Part shown: positions 20,027-29,284 of the stretch, in pieces | Numbering within the stretch: position 1 is the first letter of the stretch | Layout of the letters: each line of letters opens with the position of its first letter | Assembly (NCBI GenBank): GCA_965242925.1 | Contig: CBDEUM010000038.1 | Span: 32,001-96,000, forward strand | Source of the DNA: Roseibacillus sp. | GTDB lineage: Bacteria > Verrucomicrobiota > Verrucomicrobiia > Verrucomicrobiales > Akkermansiaceae | Reading direction: 5' to 3' | Length of the DNA: 64,000 nt | Position numbers and translations under genes: made by a program | Notes under the pieces: generated by a model | The model's input: the letters and a program-made list of their open reading frames with translations, nothing else | Database searches by the model: none | What the model was told of the DNA's origin: nothing

Positions 20027-21153
20027 ATCGATCTTACGTCAGGGAACTCGACTCGATGCTGGCACTCTGCAGGCAGGGTGGGCAACTCAGTCATGCGGTG
20101 GTGCAGGGGTTGGATTTGCGGGAAGCAGATCTCGACTGGAAGGCCCTCCGGTGTGAAGAGGCTGTTTTTCTGGGGTGCCGTTTTCCCGAGACAGTTACCG
20201 TCGAGTTTCTTATCGCACGGGGCGCAACCGTGATCCCGGTTTTTCCTGATTTGCCTTATAGTCCTTTCAGGCCTCGACTCTATTCGCGCGCCGAGTTGAT
20301 GGACGGGTGGACGCCGGACGTGGACAAAAGCACGGACAAGTTGATCTACGAACACTTTCTAGCTCATGGTCGTGAAAACCCCGGGGTGCTGGAGGCCCTC
20401 TCGCAGCGCCTGCACGACCATGCCATCGACGATGCCCTGCGCGATTTGTTAGAGGGGCGGATCGAGGGTGATGGGATCAAGAAGGTGGTGGGAATAATGG
20501 GCGGCCACAAGACGCCCCGCACCGATCCGTATTACAAGAAGGTGGCCCGCATCGCCCAGGACCTCACCCGGGCCGGATATTTCATCGCGACCGGGGGCGG
20601 CCCCGGGATCATGGAGGCCGCGAATATGGGAGCCTTTCTGGCGGAAGTCAGCGATGAGGACCTGGAGGGAGCACTCGCGACACTCAGTCATGCCCCGGTC
20701 TACACCGACGAGGGATACATGCAGTGCGCGCAGGAGGTGCTCGACATGTTCCGTCACGGGCGATCCAGTCTGGCAGTGCCCACGTGGTTCTACGGACACG
20801 AACCGAGCAATCTCTTCTCGGTCCATATCGCAAAGTACTTCTCCAACAGCCTGCGGGAGGATGGCCTGCTTGCGATCGCCCTGCACGGGATCATTTTCGC
20901 GCCCGGGAGTGCGGGAACCACCCAGGAGGTTTTCCAGGATGCGACTCAGAATCACTACGCGACCTATGGTGTCGTCAGTCCGATGGTGTTTATCGGCAGG
21001 GAGCACTATGGGGAGAATACACTTATCTACGACTGTCTGAGCCGTCAGGCGGAGAGCAAGGGATATGAGGACTATCTCTGTCTTACCGAGAGCGAGGAAG
21101 AGGTGGTGGCATTCATCGCCTCCCATCCGCCCGGGGAGGTGGCCAGAGTTTGA
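20023..21153 (+). CDS. LOG-family (nucleotide monophosphate nucleosidase-like) protein with N-terminal extension
   Basis: TGGGPGIMEAAN, PGSAGT..E; ATGA overlap with hpt. Confidence 0.75.
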   Translation: MNRSYVRELDSMLALCRQGGQLSHAVVQGLDLREADLDWKALRCEEAVFLGCRFPETVTVEFLIARGATVIPVFPDLPYSPFRPRLYSRAELMDGWTPDVDKSTDKLIYEHFLAHGRENPGVLEALSQRLHDHAIDDALRDLLEGRIEGDGIKKVVGIMGGHKTPRTDPYYKKVARIAQDLTRAGYFIATGGGPGIMEAANMGAFLAEVSDEDLEGALATLSHAPVYTDEGYMQCAQEVLDMFRHGRSSLAVPTWFYGHEPSNLFSVHIAKYFSNSLREDGLLAIALHGIIFAPGSAGTTQEVFQDATQNHYATYGVVSPMVFIGREHYGENTLIYDCLSRQAESKGYEDYLCLTESEEEVVAFIASHPPGEVARV

Positions 21154-21351
21154 AGGTTTCCCTGCGCCCTGCTGGGTGGAGGAAGGGGAAGGGCTTTACG
21201 ACCCTGGATGGCGTCGTTTGGGGATTAAGAAGCACAAATTGGGCCTGAAATCCTGTGTATAAGTATTGCATTCCCTGCAAATTCTGTTTTTCTTCCGCCC
21301 CCCGCAGAAAGGGCAGGCCGGTTTCCCACTAGCCTGAAGCGTGCGAAAGCA

Positions 21352-21609
21352 ATGAGTGAATCGACAATTGATCCGACCGAATACCGCCTTCACGACAATG
21401 ATACGGGAAGTGCGGACTATCAGGTGGCGCTGCTAACCCAGCGTATCAAGCACCTCACCGAACACCTTGGAACTCATCGCAAGGATTTCTCCTCGCGACG
21501 CGGACTACTGACCCTCGTGGCACGTCGGCGGAAACTCCTCGATTTCCTGAGCAGGGATAACGAGGAGCGTTACAAGAAGATCGTTGCAGGGCTCGGATTG
21601 CGTCGATAG
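21352..21609 (+). CDS. rpsO: 30S ribosomal protein S15
   Basis: DTGS..YQVALLT, HRKDFSSRRGL, LGLRR. Confidence 0.97.
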   Translation: MSESTIDPTEYRLHDNDTGSADYQVALLTQRIKHLTEHLGTHRKDFSSRRGLLTLVARRRKLLDFLSRDNEERYKKIVAGLGLRR

Positions 21610-21672
21610 CTCGTTCGGCTGCCTTGTCTCGCAGTCGGCCGTTTTCGCCTTTTGGTTGTCTCTCACGCCATC

Positions 21673-21756
21673 GCTGGTCCTCTTCCTGGAATCGTTTCCA
21701 GAACGGAAGACCAGCTTCATAACCTAGAGTTGTGCTCTCCATGGGGAGAACACGAC
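21673..21756 (+). promoter_or_regulatory. Two long stem-loops in the rpsO-pnp intergenic leader
   Basis: GCTGGTC..CTGGAA-TCGT-TTCCAG..GACCAGC (21673-21715) and GTTGTGCTCTCC-ATGG-GGAGAACACGAC (21729-21756). Confidence 0.55.
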
Positions 21757-21780
21757 GTGATGTAATACAGCAAACGAAAG

Positions 21781-24120
21781 ATGAGTACACATACAGTTAC
21801 GGCCGATGTCGGTCAGACCCCGATTGTTATCGAGACGGGCAAATTGGCAAAACTAGCAGACGGAGCGGTGACAGTCCGCTGCGGCGATACAGTGGTCCTG
21901 GTGACTGCAGTTTCGCAAACCAAGGTTCGCGAAGGGCAGACATGGTTTCCCATGTCGGTCGAGTACAAGGAGCGCGCGGCCGCGGCTGGCGTATTCCCCG
22001 GGGGCTATTTCAAGCGGGAGGGCCGACCCACTGAGAAGGAGATCCTGACCTGCCGGATGACCGATCGCCCCCTGCGTCCGCTTTTCCCGAAGGGCTATCT
22101 TTATGACACGCAGATCGTGGCGCTTCTCTTTGCCGCAGATGGCGAGAACGACGCGGACATCGTGGCCATGAATGGCGCCTCGGCCGCTTTAGCCATTTCA
22201 GATATTCCCTTTGCAGGGCCGATCGGGGCCGTGCGTGTTGGCCGGGTGGAAGGCGATTTTGTCGTCAACCCGACATTCGAGCAGCGGGCCGAGAGTGATC
22301 TTGATCTGGTATACGTTGGGAATAAGACCGACGTGGTCATGATCGAAGGCGCCGCTGACGAGATCCCGGAAGCGGACTTCGTGGATGCCCTGCGATTCGC
22401 CCAGGGACACGTTACCAAGCTGGTGGAAGCTCAGGAGGAACTGGTGGCCCAGTGTGGCAAGGAAAAGCGTGACTACACCGTAACGGTGGCCAAGGACGAG
22501 CATCTTGAGATCGGCTACCGCGTGGCGGGGGATCGCATCGAGGATGCCATCTACAAGCCCAGTAAGGTGGAGCGCGCCAAGGCGGTCGGTGCTCTGCGCG
22601 ATGAAGTGGAAGCAGCTCTCAAGGAAGCGGATCCTGAAATATCGGATTTTGCGATCGAGCAGGCCTTCGAACATATCCAGAAAAAAGCGTTCCGTATCAG
22701 CATCCTCGAGAAGGGACTGCGGGCCGATGGCCGACAAGTGGGTGATCTTCGCCCCTTGACGGCGGAAGCTGGTCTTCTTCCCCGGGTGCACGGCTCGGGC
22801 CTCTTCGCACGAGGAGAGACGCAGGCCTTGGCCGTTACCACTCTCGCTCCGTCCGATGAAAAGCAGTTTTACGACAACTATGCGGGTGGCGATGACAGCA
22901 AGCGTTTCATTCTACACTACTCCTTCCCACCATTCTCGGTGGGTGAGTCGGGTCGTTTTGGTGGTTTGAACCGGCGTGAGATCGGGCACGGGGCTCTTTG
23001 CGAGCGTTCCCTTGCGGCGGTCATTCCCGACGTGGAAGAGTTTCCCTATGCGATCCGTGTTACATCGGAAGTGCTCGAATCGAATGGCTCGTCCTCGATG
23101 GCCACCGTGTGTTCCGGGACGATGTCCCTCCTGCAGGCCGGGGTGCCGCTGAAGCGTCCCGTAAGTGGGATCTCGGTCGGTCTCGTGACGGACTTCGACG
23201 ATGATGGGAATTTGAAGGAGCACAAACTGCTCATGGATATCATCGGTAGCGAAGACTTCTACGGCGACATGGACTGGAAACTCTGTGGAACCAGTGAAGG
23301 AATCACTGGGTTCCAGCTCGACCTGAAGTTGCGGGGAGTCCCTATGGATATCTTCGAGACCGCGGTGCATATGGCCAAGGAAGGCCGCACCAAGGTGCAG
23401 GAAGCCATGACCGAGGCAATTTCCGAGGTCGGCCAACTCAGCGAGCACGCTCCGCGGATCGAGACCGTGAAAATTGATCCCGATCGGATCGGGGAACTGA
23501 TCGGTCCTGGTGGAAAGCACATCAAGGGCATCCAGGCCGAGTCGGGAGCCGAGATCAATATCGAGGATGACGGGACGGTGCATATTTACGCCGCCAAGGC
23601 AGAGTCGCTGGAGTGCGCCAAGAAGATGATCGAGGACATGTTTGCCGAGGTAGAGGTCGGAGCGATCTACACTGGCAAGATTGCAAATACGATGGCCTTT
23701 GGTGCCTTCATGGAAGTGCTTCCCGGCAAGGACGGTCTGATCCACATTTCGGAGTTGGCCGAAGGCCGGGTCGAAAAGACGGAAGATGTGGTAAAGACCG
23801 GGGACGTGGTGACTGCCAAGTGCATCGGCGTGGATGAAAAAGGCCGCGTCAAGATGAGCATGCGCGCTGCGATACGCGAAGCGCGTGGCGACACTGATGA
23901 CAGTGATGATCGCGATCGTCGTGGTGGCGGTGGTGGTGGTGGCGGACGCCGAGGTGGTGGTGGACGCGACCGTGGCGGAGACCGTGGCGGAGACCGTGGC
24001 GGAGACCGTGGCGGAGACCGTGGCGGAGACCGTGGCGGACGCAACCGGGACCGTGACAAACCCAAGGACGATGTGCCCCCGCCTGAGAAGGAGGAGTCAT
24101 TTTCCCTGACCGACGACTGA
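21781..24120 (+). CDS. pnp: Polyribonucleotide nucleotidyltransferase with RGG-rich C-terminal tail
   Basis: YFKREG, RREIGHG, ESNGSSSMA, GDMD.K, KH and S1 domains. Confidence 0.97.
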   Translation: MSTHTVTADVGQTPIVIETGKLAKLADGAVTVRCGDTVVLVTAVSQTKVREGQTWFPMSVEYKERAAAAGVFPGGYFKREGRPTEKEILTCRMTDRPLRPLFPKGYLYDTQIVALLFAADGENDADIVAMNGASAALAISDIPFAGPIGAVRVGRVEGDFVVNPTFEQRAESDLDLVYVGNKTDVVMIEGAADEIPEADFVDALRFAQGHVTKLVEAQEELVAQCGKEKRDYTVTVAKDEHLEIGYRVAGDRIEDAIYKPSKVERAKAVGALRDEVEAALKEADPEISDFAIEQAFEHIQKKAFRISILEKGLRADGRQVGDLRPLTAEAGLLPRVHGSGLFARGETQALAVTTLAPSDEKQFYDNYAGGDDSKRFILHYSFPPFSVGESGRFGGLNRREIGHGALCERSLAAVIPDVEEFPYAIRVTSEVLESNGSSSMATVCSGTMSLLQAGVPLKRPVSGISVGLVTDFDDDGNLKEHKLLMDIIGSEDFYGDMDWKLCGTSEGITGFQLDLKLRGVPMDIFETAVHMAKEGRTKVQEAMTEAISEVGQLSEHAPRIETVKIDPDRIGELIGPGGKHIKGIQAESGAEINIEDDGTVHIYAAKAESLECAKKMIEDMFAEVEVGAIYTGKIANTMAFGAFMEVLPGKDGLIHISELAEGRVEKTEDVVKTGDVVTAKCIGVDEKGRVKMSMRAAIREARGDTDDSDDRDRRGGGGGGGGRRGGGGRDRGGDRGGDRGGDRGGDRGGDRGGRNRDRDKPKDDVPPPEKEESFSLTDD
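23968..24039 (+). repeat. Perfect 12-bp tandem repeat (GACCGTGGCGGA) x6 encoding (DRGG)6
   Basis: Six identical units counted directly. Confidence 0.95.
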
Positions 24121-24140
24121 TTTCCAGGCTCCCATGCAAG

Positions 24141-24176
24141 CGCCCCGGGGTTCGTGCTCCGGGGCGTCTTTTTTTT
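24141..24176 (+). terminator. Rho-independent terminator after pnp
   Basis: CGCCCCGGGG / CTCCGGGGCG stem followed by a T8 run. Confidence 0.85.
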
Positions 24177-24234
24177 GAGCAACTGCTATTTGCCCAAGAC
24201 GTCCAATGGCAGAGGCCGCGACTGCCTCAGGGAC

Positions 24235-24375
24235 TTACTCCTCGGCGGGCTTCTCCTCTGTCTTGTCCGCACGTTCAAACTTCGCCTCTCTGCTGATGTT
24301 TATGTAGAAACACCCGAAGAGGAGAGTTGAGAGCAGGATAATCAGGGCCAGAAGGAGGCTGAGAATATTGCGCAC
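24235..24375 (-). CDS. Small single-pass membrane protein (46 aa), not in ORF track
   Basis: GTG start; MRNILSLLLALIILLSTLLFGCFYINISREAKFERADKTEEKPAEE*; lies in the gap between rsmB and the pnp terminator. Confidence 0.55.
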   Translation of the reverse strand: MRNILSLLLALIILLSTLLFGCFYINISREAKFERADKTEEKPAEE

Positions 24376-24448
24376 GTCCGAACCCTAGGATGGGGAGCGC
24401 AAAATAGGGAGGCGAAATTCAGGAGGATTTTCCGGCGCCGGAATCCCG

Positions 24449-25696
24449 TCAGGGCCTGCTACGTAAGGCGAGAAGGGCGGCGTAGGAACCATCGAATCCG
24501 TCCCGGAATGGCAGAGACTGCCGGGAATCGAGTAGTTCGATTTCCGGATGGGCGGACTGGAATGCCTCAACCTGCTCTTCGTTCTCTGCAGGCTCAAGGG
24601 CACAGGTAGAGTAGAGCAAACGGCCTCCCGGTTTGAGACAGGGCAGGGCGTTCTCAAGAATGCGTTGCTGGACGTCTCCAAGATCGGCGATTTGTTCGGA
24701 CCTGAGCCGCCAACGGGCGTCAACGCGACGGCGTAGCACGCCGGTATTGGAGCAGGGAACATCGAGAAGGATGCGGTCGAAACGGCCATGCCAGTCGACC
24801 GGGGCCTCCATGGTCCAGTCAAACACTTCCGTTCCTGCAATGCTGAGATGTTGTTGTTTCAGGTTTTCGATGAGTCGGGGGAGACGCTTTTCGTTTGCGT
24901 CGGTGCAGAGCAATACACCGTTGTTTTTCATGGCAGACGCGATGAGGGAAGATTTCCCGCCGGGGGCGGCGCAGGCGTCGAGAATGATCTCGCCTGGCTG
25001 GGGGGCGAGAAGTTCTACCGCCAGCCTGGTAGAGGGGTCCTGCACGTAGATCAGACCTTCTTCTGTCCATGATGAGGGGAGCAGGCCCTTCAGTTCGTAG
25101 TAACCATCGATCCCGACAGGAGTGAGAGTTTCTTCCTGATCGGGGTCGAGGGAGGAGGGAGCCAGGGGATTGAGCCTGACAATGACGGGAGCGGGCTGGT
25201 TGTTCCAGGCCATGAGCGCCTCGGCGGCCTCCCTGCCGAACTGTGTTTTCCAGCGTTTGCAGAGCCACCCGGGATGGGAGAACCTGGTGGCAGGGGGGAG
25301 CTCCTCGCGCTCGGAGAAGAGTGTTTTTCGCGCCGCCACCGCTCGGCGTAGGACTGCATTGATCAATCCCCGCACGGGTTTGCGGGCGCAGGACACCGTT
25401 TCGTTTACTGCCGCGTGATCCGGAATTTCCAGAAGCAGGAGCTGGCATACTCCGACCCGCAGGATGTCACGCGTTTCATGATCCAGTTTCCCCTTGCGCA
25501 GCGTGCCGATCCAGTGATCGAGCAGGCTTCGGTTGCGCAGTACGCCGAGCAGGATGCTGTTGAGGAGCGCCCGGTCCGAGGGTGAGAGGTGGTTGCGCCG
25601 CGCGTGGCGGTCGATCAGGGAAGTGGCATAGACATGGCCCTTGGACCATGCACGCAGGGCCGAAACGGCGGCACGGCGGACGTTCTTATCGGGCAT
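24449..25696 (-). CDS. rsmB: 16S rRNA m5C967 methyltransferase
   Basis: NusB-like N-terminus, DACAAPGGKS, DVPCS, YSTC...EN. Confidence 0.92.
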   Translation of the reverse strand: MPDKNVRRAAVSALRAWSKGHVYATSLIDRHARRNHLSPSDRALLNSILLGVLRNRSLLDHWIGTLRKGKLDHETRDILRVGVCQLLLLEIPDHAAVNETVSCARKPVRGLINAVLRRAVAARKTLFSEREELPPATRFSHPGWLCKRWKTQFGREAAEALMAWNNQPAPVIVRLNPLAPSSLDPDQEETLTPVGIDGYYELKGLLPSSWTEEGLIYVQDPSTRLAVELLAPQPGEIILDACAAPGGKSSLIASAMKNNGVLLCTDANEKRLPRLIENLKQQHLSIAGTEVFDWTMEAPVDWHGRFDRILLDVPCSNTGVLRRRVDARWRLRSEQIADLGDVQQRILENALPCLKPGGRLLYSTCALEPAENEEQVEAFQSAHPEIELLDSRQSLPFRDGFDGSYAALLALRSRP

Positions 25697-25714
25697 TGCT
25701 AAACCAGAAGGGCG

Positions 25715-26017
25715 TTATCCTCGGACAAGGAAATGGGTGACCAGTTCCCGCCATTCCTCATCGAGGGTAACCGAAGGAGCAGGTTCGGTGCGTCCTGCAC
25801 GGTTGTACCAGTAGCGGGCGTTGGAAAGGTCGCCTTCCTCGCGATGAAGGTGAGCGTGAATCAAGGCTCCATCGGGATCTGGAATACCGGAGCAGAGGTC
25901 GTGGGCGTCATTCCAGCGCTCGGCCCGGGCCAACCAGAGCGTGCGGAGTTCGTCGGAGAGCTCCCCGGGAGGAGCATTGCCGTCTTGAGCGGATTGATCG
26001 AGTTCCTCGGTCGTCAT
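25715..26017 (-). CDS. Conserved small hypothetical protein
   Basis: W..AH...IHAHLHREEGDLSNARYWY motif; co-oriented with rsmB. Confidence 0.7.
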   Translation of the reverse strand: MTTEELDQSAQDGNAPPGELSDELRTLWLARAERWNDAHDLCSGIPDPDGALIHAHLHREEGDLSNARYWYNRAGRTEPAPSVTLDEEWRELVTHFLVRG

Positions 26018-26081
26018 CGGGGCTCCAGCTAAGCCCAGAATTGTGCTGGTGAAAAGCCTGGGCTGTTGCTACCGCTTCACC

Positions 26082-26930
26082 GTGAAACGTGTCCTCTCGG
26101 CTGTCGGTGCAGCTCTCGGCATATTCTCCTGGGCGGAGGCCGAGGAACTCCCTGCGGCACTGGACAAACCTTTCCTGGGGTGCTGGCTGGCCTTTTCGGA
26201 TTCCAGGGACTTTGAGTTTCTTATTGGTGGCGACGGGGACGCGGAGTTGTTCTTTGAGAAGAACCGGGAGCGACTGACTGTCGGTGGTTGTAGTTTGAAG
26301 ATCTACTATACGGTGGGGGAGCAGGTCAAAGGCAAGGGAGGAAAGACCCGGTGGTCCTATCGCAGGATTGTGCGGGATGGATTCGAAGACTTCGCGAAGG
26401 AGACCGCGGAGCCTCCGATGCGGAAGCCGGTCAGTTTTACCGCCACCTTTACCGGAGGAATCAAGGTCAGGATCACCCACGTTTTCAGCAAGAGGGGAGT
26501 GGATATTTCCACGAAGATTCTCGAGAAGGGAGAAAGTAAGGGCGACTTGCGGGCGGGAGTGAAGGTCCTCGTAGGCGATCTTTTCAGGCACATTCAGGAT
26601 GAGGACCTGGAGGAGAAGGAAACCGAGTCCAAGCTGGAAGATACCAGAATTTCTGTTTTTCCCGCGGGGGCACGAAGGGCAAGGCGCATCAAATTTGAAG
26701 ACTACGACACTGTTTTGACTGAAGAGTGTCCCAAGGGGGCCCGGGCTTTTGAGCTGGAATCCGACCGCTATGGTGGCCACGAATTTCAACTAACGACGGC
26801 CAATCCGGATTTCGGTCTTCTTGAGTTCGTTCAGCAGAAGCGCCTCATCCACGGGTTTTTCGTGAACTGGTTCCCGGAGCCGACAAAGGTCGATGAAAAG
26901 GACGCCCGACTTGTGATCAGGGTGAAGTAG
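26082..26930 (+). CDS. Hypothetical exported protein
   Basis: Signal-like VKRVLSAVGAALGIFSWAEA; long ORF filling the gap. Confidence 0.65.
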   Translation: MKRVLSAVGAALGIFSWAEAEELPAALDKPFLGCWLAFSDSRDFEFLIGGDGDAELFFEKNRERLTVGGCSLKIYYTVGEQVKGKGGKTRWSYRRIVRDGFEDFAKETAEPPMRKPVSFTATFTGGIKVRITHVFSKRGVDISTKILEKGESKGDLRAGVKVLVGDLFRHIQDEDLEEKETESKLEDTRISVFPAGARRARRIKFEDYDTVLTEECPKGARAFELESDRYGGHEFQLTTANPDFGLLEFVQQKRLIHGFFVNWFPEPTKVDEKDARLVIRVK

Positions 26931-27242
26931 CTCCTCTGATTCATCGGACTGGAGGGGCATTGGATCTTACGGGCTCAGGGTGGTGGAATTGCCCCACCTG
27001 CGAACAGGGGAGCGACTGTACCAAGCTGCACCTATGGGAGGGGACAAGTTGAGCGCACTTTGGTACACCACGAGCTAGAAATCTTACATGATTAACGATT
27101 TTACGATCTTTACAGGGTAGAGAGAGGCCCGGAGCGACAAAATATTAAAAACTCACAGAGAAAATGAGCCTCTTCCAGATTTTTTGAAAATTTATCCCGC
27201 AGAAAAAAAGCGGCTTTAGGGCGATTATAGAAAGATTTTAGA

Positions 27243-27300
27243 TTGACCGACTAGTGCTCTCAAGTGTACTAAAGTGCACTAATTTACAGCAAAGTGCTCG
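27243..27300 (+). promoter_or_regulatory. dcw promoter with putative MraZ-binding direct repeats
   Basis: TTGACC at 27243; AGTG at 27253, 27263, 27273 and 27293 (10-bp phase) immediately before mraZ. Confidence 0.7.
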
Positions 27301-27765
27301 GTGGGTGTCCCAATCAATAGTTTCGAGGGAGTATATAACTTCAAACTGGACGCAAAATTTCGCGTTTCAGTACCGTCGGAATGGCGTCCGGGGAGGGGCG
27401 AGGCGCTGCCCCTGCGACTTTTGAAGTGGCAGACCTACAAGGTACCCGTGCTCAAGGCGCTCACCGATGAGGCCTTTGAGGCCATGATTGACTCGATCGA
27501 CGGATCTGATCTTCAGGCCGGAATCAAGAGTCAGCGCAAGGGATTGCTCTATTCCCGCAACACCCAGGTGGCCATCAACGACCAGGGCAAGGTGCTCATC
27601 CCGAAGAAACTGGCTGAAGAGCATGGATTGGAGGCCGGCGGGGCTGTGCACCTCTCCGGGCGCGGCACGAATTTCGACATTGTGAGTCCGCGTGATCACA
27701 ACGCAATGCAGGCGGCCGAAGAATCCCTGCTCGGTGACCTCTACGAATCGGTGGACTTCTCTTGA
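27301..27765 (+). CDS. mraZ: Transcriptional regulator MraZ
   Basis: Two SpoVT/AbrB repeats (LDAKFRVSVP, INDQGKVLIP); first gene of dcw. Confidence 0.88.
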   Translation: MGVPINSFEGVYNFKLDAKFRVSVPSEWRPGRGEALPLRLLKWQTYKVPVLKALTDEAFEAMIDSIDGSDLQAGIKSQRKGLLYSRNTQVAINDQGKVLIPKKLAEEHGLEAGGAVHLSGRGTNFDIVSPRDHNAMQAAEESLLGDLYESVDFS

Positions 27766-27798
27766 ACCTTTACCTCGAACTAGACTGACAAACTGCTG

Positions 27799-28875
27799 AT
27801 GTTCCTGCCTTCTCCAACCCCGGTTCCGTCGATGGCGTGGTGCCTAGCGGACTGTTCAACAACTTTGTTGACGGTGCCGGGGTTGGGGATCCCTTTCCAT
27901 GCGACGCGGGGAGAAGGGAAGACGGAGAGCAGTGAAGGCCCGCGTGCCTTCCACCATGTTCCAGTCCTGATGGAAGAGGTGATTCATTACCTTGCTCCGG
28001 GGGCAGGGATGACGATTGTTGATGCGACACTGGGAGGAGCCGGGCATGCGGCTGCGATCCTGGAGAGGGGTGCTCGGTTGATAGGCTTTGACCGTGACCC
28101 AGAAGCCCTCGCCCACGCCGGAGCTCGCTTGAGCCAATATGGCGAGGCGGCCATGTTGCAGCAGCAGAATTTCTCGAACCTTCTTGCCGCTGGAAGAGAG
28201 CTCGCCCCTGACGGAGTGGATGGGATTCTGCTCGATCTGGGAGTGTCGTCCCACCAGCTTGATTCTGCCGATCGGGGGTTTTCGCTGCGATCCGGGGGGA
28301 GCCTCGACATGCGGATGGATCCCGGAGAAAGCCTCACGGCGGCGGAATTGGTGAATGAATGGAATGAAGCTGATTTGGCCCGGATCTTTCACGATCTGGG
28401 TGAAGAGCGGAGGTCCAGAGCAGTAGCCGGAGCAATCGTGCGCCGCCGTGTCACCAAGCGGTTCAGTGATACCCTCGACCTTGCTGACTGCGTTGCGGGA
28501 GTTGTAGGCCGCAAGGGGCGCATCCATCCGGCGACGCGGGTTTTTCAAGCTCTGAGGATGACGGTGAATCGCGAAATGGAGGCCCTGGAATCAGCCTTGG
28601 AATCGGCCCCGGAGTTGCTGAAGCCCGGAGGACGCATGGCGGTGATCACCTTCCACAGTCTGGAGGATCGCATGGTCAAACGGTTCTTCAGATCCCGCAG
28701 CGTGCGCGAACTTGACCGGCCCGAGTGGCCTGCACCGCGTCCGAATCCGGACTGCTGTCTGCGGGTGATCACCCGCAAACCCGTGACGCCCGCCGCTCCC
28801 GAGGTCGGAGGGAATCCCAGGGCGCGCAGCGCCAAGTTACGAGTGGCGGAAAAAAGGAAGGTGGGCGAGCAGTGA
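27799..28875 (+). CDS. rsmH: 16S rRNA m4C1402 methyltransferase
   Basis: HVPVL, DATLGGAGH, DLGVSSHQLD, FHSLEDR, NPRARSAKLR; start uncertain. Confidence 0.93.
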   Translation: MFLPSPTPVPSMAWCLADCSTTLLTVPGLGIPFHATRGEGKTESSEGPRAFHHVPVLMEEVIHYLAPGAGMTIVDATLGGAGHAAAILERGARLIGFDRDPEALAHAGARLSQYGEAAMLQQQNFSNLLAAGRELAPDGVDGILLDLGVSSHQLDSADRGFSLRSGGSLDMRMDPGESLTAAELVNEWNEADLARIFHDLGEERRSRAVAGAIVRRRVTKRFSDTLDLADCVAGVVGRKGRIHPATRVFQALRMTVNREMEALESALESAPELLKPGGRMAVITFHSLEDRMVKRFFRSRSVRELDRPEWPAPRPNPDCCLRVITRKPVTPAAPEVGGNPRARSAKLRVAEKRKVGEQ

Positions 28876-29279
28876 ACCGCAGACGGAAAGTAAAACCTCA
28901 TCTGGGATTCGGGACGATCGTGTTCCTGATAGTGGCCGCGGTGATGTTAGCGGCAGCGGGTGTTTTTCACGCTTATGTCAAGAACCGTCAGATAAACGTA
29001 GCACGGGAAATCCAGGGAATGGAGGAACGAATTTCCCAGCACAAGCTGGATATCACGACGCTTGAAGTGCGGCTCGATGACCAACTCAATCCGATTCTGA
29101 TTAATGACCGGCTCAATGAGATGTCTTCTGACCTTCGTCGGATTCCGGTAGGAGTCGTAGAGGAAATCCCGGTGTCGCGGAGCGGGAGTGGTAAGGTTAC
29201 GGCAACTGTTCCCGATCAAGATCCGCCTTCGATCTCAGTAATTCCCACCACCGTTTCCGTTGCGGCTGGGGGGCCCTGA
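28872..29279 (+). CDS. ftsL: FtsL-like cell division protein
   Basis: Basic N-terminus, one TM, coiled coil; between rsmH and ftsI. Confidence 0.65.
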   Translation: MNRRRKVKPHLGFGTIVFLIVAAVMLAAAGVFHAYVKNRQINVAREIQGMEERISQHKLDITTLEVRLDDQLNPILINDRLNEMSSDLRRIPVGVVEEIPVSRSGSGKVTATVPDQDPPSISVIPTTVSVAAGGP

Positions 29280-29284
29280 TCCCT

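Noticed and set aside
27080..27118. Short TTACGAT-like repeats upstream of mraZ
   Set aside because: Degenerate, in AT-rich sequence, and could arise by chance.
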